Source of the DNA: an uncultured Lachnospiraceae bacterium | GTDB taxonomy: Bacteria > Bacillota > Clostridia > Lachnospirales > Lachnospiraceae | Assembly: GCA_944384155.1 (NCBI GenBank) | Contig: CALWSG010000006.1 | Span: 2,649 to 66,648, forward strand | Direction: 5' to 3' | Length of the DNA: 64,000 bases | Part shown: in pieces, positions 56,387-64,000 of the stretch | Layout of the letters: each line of letters begins with the position of its first letter | Numbering within the stretch: the stretch's first letter is position 1 | Program-made: the position numbers and the translations under genes | Notes under the pieces: generated by a model | What the model saw: only the letters and a program-made list of their open reading frames with translations | Databases searched by the model: none | What the model was told of the DNA's origin: nothing

Positions 56387-57034
56387 ATGAGTAACGATTA
56401 TATTATAGAAGTAAAAAATGCCAAAAAATATTATAAGGAAACTAAAGCATTAGATGATGTGACAATTATGTTTGAACGAAATAAAATTCACGGAATAATC
56501 GGGAGAAACGGTTCGGGGAAAACGGTGCTTCTAAAGGCTGTATGCGGACTTATAAAACTTACGGGAGGTATGGTTAAAGTAGAGGGGAAAATTGTGGGAA
56601 AAGATATTGAAATGCCCCAAAATATCGGTGCAATAATAGAAAAGCCGGGATTTATAAATGAATTTAGCGGTATGGAGAACCTCAAGTTTTTGGCAGGACT
56701 TACAGGAAAGGCAGATACAGAGCATATATCACAAATAATGGAGTTTGTGGGATTGAATCCTAAATCAAAAAAACATGTTTCTAAGTATTCACTTGGAATG
56801 TGTCAGAGACTTGGCATAGCACAGGCAATAATGGATAATCCGGACATACTCGTTTTGGACGAGCCTACAAACGGGCTTGATAAAAATGGAATTAAAGAAT
56901 TTAGGCAAATGATATTGACGAAAAAGGAAGAAGGCAAAACAATTATTATTGCAAGCCATAATGGTGAAGATATAAGACTGCTTTGTGATACGGTTCATGA
57001 GCTGGAGGAAGGAAAATTAGTAGTTGCAGAGTAA
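56387..57034 (+). CDS. ABC transporter ATP-binding protein (bacitracin/bacteriocin-immunity-like subgroup)
   Basis: GRNGSGKT, IEKPGF, YSLGMCQRLGIAQA, VLDEPTNGLD, ASH. Confidence 0.92.
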   Translation: MSNDYIIEVKNAKKYYKETKALDDVTIMFERNKIHGIIGRNGSGKTVLLKAVCGLIKLTGGMVKVEGKIVGKDIEMPQNIGAIIEKPGFINEFSGMENLKFLAGLTGKADTEHISQIMEFVGLNPKSKKHVSKYSLGMCQRLGIAQAIMDNPDILVLDEPTNGLDKNGIKEFRQMILTKKEEGKTIIIASHNGEDIRLLCDTVHELEEGKLVVAE

Positions 57035-57122
57035 TATAAAATTTATTTAATGTTTATTTGGCATAAGTATATCATATATATATATTGACACTTGAATTTG
57101 AAAAAAGAAAGGTGTATATAAT

Positions 57123-57935
57123 ATGATTAAAAATAATGCCATTACGGCATTAAAGGGAATTATAGTAGGGGGAACAATGCTGGTGCCGGGAGTGAGCGGA
57201 GGCTCAATGGCAATGATTTTAGGTATATATAACAGGCTTGTTTCGGCAGTAAGCTCATTCCCTAAAAATAAAAAAGAAAACTTGATGCTCCTTACATTTT
57301 TTGCAATGGGAGGAGGGCTTGGAATGATTTTATTTGCCAAGCCTATTTTAAGCCTTATAGAACGATTTCCTATGCCTATGATGTACTTTTTTATGGGTGC
57401 AGTGGCAGGGAGTATTCCTCTTATATTAAAGGAGGCGAAGGTAAAGGAATTGTCATGGAGTACGGCAGTACATTTTTTAATAGGAATTACCTTGGTAATG
57501 CTTTTTTCCATTATACCTGAGGGAGAAGCTAAACTCCGGCTTACAAACGGCGTACTAAGCTATGTGCTTCTCGGTATGGCAGGCTTTGTGGCAGCAGTTG
57601 CACTTGTGCTTCCGGGAATAAGCGTTTCTTATCTTTTGCTTCTTATGGGGCTTTACCATGAAACCATGAATGCTGTAAGTACATTATACTTTCCATTTCT
57701 TGTGCCTATGGGTATAGGTCTTATAGCCGGAGTACTTCTTACAACAAGAATACTCGAAACTGCAATGGTAAAAAAGCCTCAGGCAACATACGTAATTATA
57801 TTGGGTTTTGTTGTCGGCTCAGTAATAGAAATCTTTCCGGGAGTTCCGGGGTTAAGCACCATAGCACCTTCCATTATTATGGCTGTACTTGGATATTTAG
57901 CAGTACAGGGTGTAGGAAAGCTGGAAAGGGTATAG
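57123..57935 (+). CDS. DUF368-like membrane protein
   Basis: Duplicated PGVSGGSMA / PGISVS motifs, multi-TM. Confidence 0.85.
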   Translation: MIKNNAITALKGIIVGGTMLVPGVSGGSMAMILGIYNRLVSAVSSFPKNKKENLMLLTFFAMGGGLGMILFAKPILSLIERFPMPMMYFFMGAVAGSIPLILKEAKVKELSWSTAVHFLIGITLVMLFSIIPEGEAKLRLTNGVLSYVLLGMAGFVAAVALVLPGISVSYLLLLMGLYHETMNAVSTLYFPFLVPMGIGLIAGVLLTTRILETAMVKKPQATYVIILGFVVGSVIEIFPGVPGLSTIAPSIIMAVLGYLAVQGVGKLERV

Positions 57936-57963
57936 AATAATAAAAATAAACAGATAAATTATG

Positions 57964-57990
57964 GGCAGGGGTATAAACCTCTGTCTTTTT
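57964..57990 (+). terminator. Intrinsic terminator
   Basis: GGCAGGGG / CCTCTGTC stem with wobbles, followed by a T run. Confidence 0.6.
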
Positions 57991-58094
57991 GATGTGATTT
58001 GTAAAATTGGGGTTAAAATTTGCTAAAAATATGTTAAAATTATAATTAGACAGATGAATTTATGATAATATAAAATAGCGGAAAGGATAGAAAC

Positions 58095-59225
58095 ATGACG
58101 GATTTAAATGAAATAAGAGAAGAGATTGATAAGGTAGACAAAGATATGGTAAGGCTTTTTCAGGAGAGAATGAAGCTTTGCAGGGAGGTTGCCGAGTATA
58201 AAATAGAAAACGGAAAACAAGTCCTTGATACTGCAAGGGAAAAAGAAAAGATAAAAAGTATAAAAAATCTTGTTACAGATGAATTTGAAAAGTATGGGGC
58301 AGGAGATTTATTTAAGCAGATAATGGCAGTAAGCAGAAAGCTGCAGTATCAGATACTTGCAAAGCATGGTATGATAAATGAGGTTTCCTTTGAGGCTGTT
58401 GACACCATAAGAACAAAAGGCATAAGAATTGTATATCAGGGAGTTGAGGGGGCATATGCACATGAGGCGGTTGTGAAGTATTTTGGAGAAGATGCAGACT
58501 GTTATCATGTGGAAAGCTGGAGAGATGCCATGGAGGAAGTCAGGGCAGGAAGAGCAGATTACGCAGTCCTTCCCATAGAAAATTCAACGGCAGGTGCCAT
58601 AACACAGGTTCATGATTTGCTTATAGAATATGATAATTACATAGTTGCAGAGACAGATATTAAGGTAGAGCATGCGTTGCTTGGACTTTCCAATGCAGAT
58701 ATAAATAATATTACAACAGTATATTCACACCCCCAGGCACTTATGCAGTGCAGCAAATATTTAGAGGAGCACAGGCAGTGGAAGCAGATTAGCTGTCCAA
58801 ATACTGCTGTCAGTGCTAAAAAGGTATTTGATGAGGGAGATACCCGCCAGGCGGCGATAGCAAGCCTTCAGGCAGCTAAGCTTTACGGGCTTAAGGTATT
58901 AAAGGAAAAAATAAACTATGCGGATATTAATACAACAAGATTTGTAATAGTAGGTCGTGAAAGGATATATACTAAGGAGGCAGATAAGGTTAGTATATGT
59001 GTTGAGATAGACCATAAAAGCGGTTCCCTGTACAATGTGCTGTCCCATTTTATATATAATGAAATTAATATGACAAAAATAGAGTCAAGACCTATACCGG
59101 ACAGGAAGTGGGAGTATAGATTTATTATGGATATTGAAGGTAAATTAGGGGATGCTGCCGTTAAAAACGCACTGATGGGAATAAGTGAGGAAGTAAATAA
59201 GTTTGTGATACTGGGAAATTACTAG
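58095..59225 (+). CDS. pheA: Bifunctional chorismate mutase/prephenate dehydratase
   Basis: N-terminal CM (IDKVD...RM..K, RE), YQG..GAY, PIENS, SHPQAL, NTTRF, ACT domain TKIESRP. Confidence 0.95.
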   Translation: MTDLNEIREEIDKVDKDMVRLFQERMKLCREVAEYKIENGKQVLDTAREKEKIKSIKNLVTDEFEKYGAGDLFKQIMAVSRKLQYQILAKHGMINEVSFEAVDTIRTKGIRIVYQGVEGAYAHEAVVKYFGEDADCYHVESWRDAMEEVRAGRADYAVLPIENSTAGAITQVHDLLIEYDNYIVAETDIKVEHALLGLSNADINNITTVYSHPQALMQCSKYLEEHRQWKQISCPNTAVSAKKVFDEGDTRQAAIASLQAAKLYGLKVLKEKINYADINTTRFVIVGRERIYTKEADKVSICVEIDHKSGSLYNVLSHFIYNEINMTKIESRPIPDRKWEYRFIMDIEGKLGDAAVKNALMGISEEVNKFVILGNY

Positions 59226-59253
59226 ATAATATTTGAACAAGGAGGGAGAAGCA

Positions 59254-60759
59254 ATGGCTCTCGCAAAATATGCTGTTATAGGAATCTGCTCCTATGAGCT
59301 GGAGCTGTAAATATATCAGATTACAGCCGACAAAAAAATTAAAATTATAGAAAATATCAGGCAGGTTATGGAGCTTGGAAGAGAAACATATTCTTTGGGG
59401 AAGATAAGCTTTGAAACCATAGATTCTCTCTGTAATGCATTGGAGAGATTTATGGTTATTATAAAAGAATATAAAGTAAATGATTATGATGCAGTGGCTA
59501 CAAGCGGCATAAGAGAGGCAACCAATTCAGCGGTTGTACTTGACAGAATAAAGGTAAGAACAGGAATAAGGGTAAGAATTTTAAGCAATTCAGAGGAAAG
59601 GCTTATAGATTACAAGGCATTGTCAATATATGAGGAGGAAAGCAGTAAATTTATAAATGATGGTACCGCATATGTAGATATAGGCTCAGGAAGTGTTCAG
59701 ATATCACTTGTTGAGAAAGGAGCACTTGTGGCAACACAAAATCTTATGTTAGGCTCCATAAGAATAAGAGAGCTTTTATATGGTCTTAGTGATAACATAA
59801 AGCATTTTGATTTGCTTATAGACGAGCTTATAAATAATGACTGGCAGACATTTAGAAAAATGATTCTAAAGGACAAGGAGATAAATAATATTATAGCCAC
59901 AGGAGTTCAAATATCATTGTTTGCTAAAAAAATAAATGGAGGCAGAGGAAATATTATTTATACGGCAGATGAATTTAAAGAAGAATGCCGTAAGCTATAT
60001 CAGAAAAGCTCTGTGGAAATAATGAAGCATTATGGTCTTACGGAAGAGCAGACAATCATGGTTATGCCTACAATTAAAATATATGAAAAGATTATAAATG
60101 AGACAGGCGCGGAGAAAATCTGGCTTCCATGCACAGGGCTTTCTGATGGAATGGCAATAGATTACGGTGTTAAAAATAAAAAAATAAAAATTACACACGA
60201 TTATAATGAGGATATATTAACTACCGCTAAGAGCATATCAAAAAGATATAAGGCAAATCAGCCTCATATTAACAAGCTTAAGGAGATTGGAGTTAAAATA
60301 TTTGATGCAACTAAAAAAATACACGGACTTTCAGACAGGGAAAGACTTTTGCTCGAGATAGCGGCAATGCTTCATGATTGTGGAAAGTATATAAGCCTTA
60401 CCGCATCCTCCCAATGCTCATATGATATAATAATGGCAACTGAAATTATAGGCTTATCTCATAAAGAGAGAGAAATGGTGGCAAATATAGTAAAATATAA
60501 TACGGTAGAGCTGGAAAACACAGATGACCTTACTACAGTAAAGCTTGTTGCCATGTTAAGGGTAGCAAATGCACTTGACAGAAGCCATAAGCAAAAGTTT
60601 AAGGATTATAGAATAGAGCTTAAGGATAACCAGCTTGTAATAAGTGTGAGAACAAATGAGGATATTACTCTTGAAAAGGGTACACTTAGGGAAAAGGCAG
60701 AATTTTTTGAGGAAGTATTTGGTGTTAAGCCTGTATTAAAGCAGAAGAAAGGAATATAG
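59254..60759 (+). pseudogene. ppx: Ppx/GppA-family exopolyphosphatase with HD domain, interrupted by in-frame TAA at 59308-59310
   Basis: GGAGGGAG RBS and ATG 59254 in frame with the track ORF at 59368; MALAKYAVIGICSYELEL*IYQIT...; downstream ATSGIREA, SEER, DIGSGS, LHDCGK. Confidence 0.75.
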
Positions 60760-60768
60760 GAAAGCGGT

Positions 60769-62919
60769 ATGAACGATAAGTATACAAACAGGGAATTAAG
60801 CTGGCTTGATTTTAATTACAGAATTTTATCAGAGGCAAGGGATAAGACAAACCCTCTTCTTGAGAGGGCAAAATTTTTAAGCATTACTGCATCAAATCTT
60901 GATGAGTTCTTTATGATAAGAGTGGCATCCCTTAAGGATATGGTTAATGCAGAGTACAATAAAAAGGATATTGCCGATATGACGCCTTTAGAACAGCTTA
61001 GTGCCATAAGTGAAAAAACCCATGATTTTGTTAATCTCCAGTATTCAACATATGGAAGGTCATTGGTGCAGTTACTTAAGGGTGAGGGCTTAAATATAGT
61101 ACAAAGCCATGAGGATTTAAATGAGGTTCAAAAGGAGTATGTAGACAAATATTTTAAAGAAAATATTTATCCTATACTTACACCTATGGCAGTTGACTCA
61201 TCAAGACCGTTTCCTCTCATAAGAAATAAAACATTAAATATAGCAGCACTTCTTGAAAAAAATGAAGATATAAAGCAGAAGGCAGATTCAAAAAGAAAGG
61301 GCAGGGAAAACAGTGATGCCGGTTCGGAAATTGAATTTGCCACGGTGCAGGTTCCGTCTGTTATTCCAAGAATAGTAAAAATTCCGTCCATAACGGAAGG
61401 GGAAACAACAGTTATATTGCTGGAGGAAATAATAGAAAGACATATTCAAAAGCTGTTTTTAAATTATAGGGTTGTATGTGCCCATCCCTACAGAGTAATG
61501 AGAAATGCAGACCTTACCATAGATGAGGAGGATGCGGCAGACCTTTTAAAGGAAATTCAAAAGCAGCTAAAAAAGCGTCAGTGGGGAGAGGTAATACGTC
61601 TTGAGATAGAAGACAAGATGGATAAGCGTCTTGTGAAAATATTAAAAGAAGAGCTGGCTGTAAGTGATGAGGATATATTTAATATAAACGGACCGTTAGA
61701 CCTTACCTTCCTGATGAAAATGTATGGAATTGATGGCTTTGATAATTTACGTTCCGAGAAATATATACCACAGCCAAATCCAAGGGTAAATCCGGAGTTA
61801 AGTATATTTGACCAGATAAGGGAGGGCGATATACTTTTGCATCACCCGTACCAGACATTTGACCCTGTTGTGGATTTTGTAAGGCAGGCGGCAAAGGACG
61901 AAAATGTCCTTGCCATAAAGCAGACCTTATACAGAGTAAGCGGAAATTCTCCAATTATAGCCTCCTTAGCCGAGGCTGCTGAAAACGGCAAGCAGGTATG
62001 TGTTCTTGTGGAGCTTAAGGCAAGATTTGATGAGGAAAATAATATTAACTGGGCTAAAAAGCTGGAAAAGGCAGGATGTCACGTTATTTATGGTCTTAAG
62101 GGTCTTAAAACACACAGTAAGATAACACTTGTTGTAAGGGAGGAAGAAGACGGCATAAGAAGATATGTGCATCTTGGAACGGGAAATTACAACGATGCAA
62201 CGGCAAAGCTTTATACAGATATGGGGCTTCTCACCTGCCGCAATGCATACGGTGAGGATGCAACAGCGGTATTTAATATGCTTTCAGGATATTCGGAGCC
62301 GGAAAGCTGGAATAAGCTGGCATTGGCACCGTTATGGCTTCGTGATAAGTTTGAGTATCTTATAAGAAGAGAGATAGGTTATGCGAAGGAAGGCAGGGAA
62401 GCATTTATAGTTGCAAAGATGAATTCCCTTTGTGACAAGGAAACAATAGATATGCTTTACGAGGCAAGTGCTGCAGGAGTAAAGATTGACCTTATTATAA
62501 GAGGAATATGCTGTCTTAAGGCACAGGTAAAGGGCTTAAGCGAAAATATAAATGTAAGATCCATAGTGGGAACATTTCTTGAGCATAGCAGGATATTTTA
62601 TTTTCATAATAACGGCAATGAGGAGGTATATATGGGAAGTGCCGACTGGATGCCGAGAAATCTTGACAAGAGAGTGGAAATATTATTCCCTGTGGAGGAT
62701 GAAAAGCTTAAGGAGGAGGTTATTCATATACTTGACATACAGTTAAGGGATACGTTAAAGGCTCATGTTATGAACAGTGAATCAGTGTATGAAAAGGTTG
62801 ACAAAAGAGGGAAAGAGCTTCTTGAGGCTCAGAAATATTTTTGCCGGGAAGCAATAGAGAGGGCAAAAAAGCCGGAGATAACAGAAAAAAGAATATTTGA
62901 ACCTCATGAGCATATGTGA
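60769..62919 (+). CDS. ppk1: Polyphosphate kinase 1
   Basis: NRELSWLDFN, NLDEFFMIRVA, LLHHPYQ, KARFDEENN, KTHSK, HLGTGNYN, LEHSRI, SADWMPRN. Confidence 0.97.
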   Translation: MNDKYTNRELSWLDFNYRILSEARDKTNPLLERAKFLSITASNLDEFFMIRVASLKDMVNAEYNKKDIADMTPLEQLSAISEKTHDFVNLQYSTYGRSLVQLLKGEGLNIVQSHEDLNEVQKEYVDKYFKENIYPILTPMAVDSSRPFPLIRNKTLNIAALLEKNEDIKQKADSKRKGRENSDAGSEIEFATVQVPSVIPRIVKIPSITEGETTVILLEEIIERHIQKLFLNYRVVCAHPYRVMRNADLTIDEEDAADLLKEIQKQLKKRQWGEVIRLEIEDKMDKRLVKILKEELAVSDEDIFNINGPLDLTFLMKMYGIDGFDNLRSEKYIPQPNPRVNPELSIFDQIREGDILLHHPYQTFDPVVDFVRQAAKDENVLAIKQTLYRVSGNSPIIASLAEAAENGKQVCVLVELKARFDEENNINWAKKLEKAGCHVIYGLKGLKTHSKITLVVREEEDGIRRYVHLGTGNYNDATAKLYTDMGLLTCRNAYGEDATAVFNMLSGYSEPESWNKLALAPLWLRDKFEYLIRREIGYAKEGREAFIVAKMNSLCDKETIDMLYEASAAGVKIDLIIRGICCLKAQVKGLSENINVRSIVGTFLEHSRIFYFHNNGNEEVYMGSADWMPRNLDKRVEILFPVEDEKLKEEVIHILDIQLRDTLKAHVMNSESVYEKVDKRGKELLEAQKYFCREAIERAKKPEITEKRIFEPHEHM

Positions 62920-62956
62920 TATACTTTAAAGTATATTTGCAGGAGGTTCATGACAC

Positions 62957-63808
62957 ATGGAAATCGAAAAAAAGTATATAGACTTACATGTACATTCAAC
63001 AGCCTCGGATGGAACTTATACGCCATCGGAGGTTGTTAGCTATGCAGCGGAAAAAAATCTATATGCCATTGCACTTACTGACCACGATACTATTGACGGA
63101 ATCAGCGAAGCCAGACAGGCAGCTTTGGAGCAGGGAGACAGGCTTATTGTTATACCGGGAATAGAAATATCCGCAGATTTTCACGGAACTGATATTCATA
63201 TACTTGGACTGAATATTGATTATACAAATAAAGAATTTTTAAGGAAAATTGACGAGTGCAAAAGGCTTAGGATTGAGCGGAATAAAAAAATGATACAGAA
63301 GCTTAATGCATTGGGCTTTCCCATTACAGAGGAAACAGTATCACAGCGATATGGAAAAAAAGCATCAATAACAAGGGCACATTTTGCAAGATATCTTCTT
63401 GATGAGGGATATGTAAAAACCAAAGAGGAGGCATTTACAAAATACCTTAATAAGGGAGCACCCTGCTATATTCCAAGGACACAAATGACACCTGAGGAGG
63501 CAATCTCTGTTATACTTAAGGCAGGAGGTCATCCTGTTTTGGCACATCCTTTATTATATAAGCTTGACAGAGATATGGTTTTAAAGCTTATAGGTTACCT
63601 TAAAGAGCTTGGAATGGAGGGTATTGAAGGAATATATTCTCTTAACAGCAGTGAGGACGATGCATTTTTGTTAAAAACGGCAAAAATGTATGGTCTTTAT
63701 ATAACAGGAGGTTCAGATTTTCACGGAACAAATAAGCCTGATATAGACATGGGAGTTGGAAAAGGGAATCTTTTAATTCCAAAGGAAATACTAAATAATA
63801 TACTATAG
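62957..63808 (+). CDS. PHP-domain metal-dependent phosphoesterase
   Basis: DLHVHSTASDG, TDHD, HILG, AHP, GGSDFHG. Confidence 0.92.
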   Translation: MEIEKKYIDLHVHSTASDGTYTPSEVVSYAAEKNLYAIALTDHDTIDGISEARQAALEQGDRLIVIPGIEISADFHGTDIHILGLNIDYTNKEFLRKIDECKRLRIERNKKMIQKLNALGFPITEETVSQRYGKKASITRAHFARYLLDEGYVKTKEEAFTKYLNKGAPCYIPRTQMTPEEAISVILKAGGHPVLAHPLLYKLDRDMVLKLIGYLKELGMEGIEGIYSLNSSEDDAFLLKTAKMYGLYITGGSDFHGTNKPDIDMGVGKGNLLIPKEILNNIL

Positions 63809-63844
63809 ATTACGCCAAAAAATATGAACAGAATGGAGAATATT

Positions 63845-64000
63845 ATGGTACATGAAGATGCATATGAAAAGTATAAAAAGATAGAGGATTTGCCTGTTGA
63901 TGTTAAAATAGTGCTGCCTCCGGAGGGAATGGAAAGAAAGGGTATTATTCAGCTTCATCACGGAATGGCAGAGCATAAAGGAAGGTACAGCCATGTATTA
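63845..64000 (+). CDS. Alpha/beta hydrolase (lysophospholipase-like), 3'-truncated by window edge
   Basis: Not in the ORF track: MVHEDAYEK...KGIIQLHHGMAEHKGRY; GGAG RBS; HGMAEH..RY is typical of Hydrolase_4 N-termini. Confidence 0.75.
   Translation, partial: MVHEDAYEKYKKIEDLPVDVKIVLPPEGMERKGIIQLHHGMAEHKGRYSHVL

Larger units (their letters stand above)
52843..57060. other. AT-rich accessory islet next to tRNA-Thr (five co-directional genes)
   Basis: Abrupt rise in AT content and TTA/AAT-type codons relative to the flanking MATE and DUF368 genes (judged by eye); no integrase seen. Confidence 0.65.

Noticed and set aside
59368-60759. Track ORF taken as a complete Ppx
   Set aside because: It lacks the N-terminal strands; an in-frame upstream ATG with strong RBS and Ppx-like sequence exists, so it is reported as interrupted.
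1-64000. Transposases, integrases, prophage genes, CRISPR arrays, rRNA, known defence systems
   Set aside because: None recognised in the ORF track or intergenic DNA by manual reading.

Overview
AT-rich Firmicutes chromosomal segment; gene style and synteny suggest a spore-forming Lachnospiraceae/Clostridiales (inference). It is mostly housekeeping: M16 peptidase-era-recO, PBP1A, yigZ, typA, lysine-riboswitch dapA-dapB, argS, ispF, prfC, T-box cysE-cysS-mrnC-rlmB, pheA, ppx-ppk1 and three tRNAs (Met-CAT, Val-TAC, Thr-GGT). It also carries a GldA/F/G-like ABC operon, a galT-GH43-AraC-GH51 plant-glycan locus with an ABC exporter pair, esterase and MATE, and a small sporulation-flavoured cluster (SPOR amidase, divergent Lgt, Asn/Asp-rich lipoprotein). 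Two visibly AT-richer accessory inserts stand out. (1) Directly after tRNA-Thr lies a five-gene cassette: small Sec-secreted protein, lipoprotein, two ABC permeases and an ATPase. This is the best candidate for an uncharacterised secreted-effector/immunity or signalling system. (2) Between prfC and the Cys T-box lie a secreted putative amidase and a 4-TM partner. Other notable items: an in-frame TAA plus motif decay in ppx next to an intact ppk1, and an inverted repeat that would hide a lipoprotein RBS while enclosing a sporulation-type -10. I saw no CRISPR array, integrase or transposase. Family calls come from motif recognition by eye; no database searches were run.
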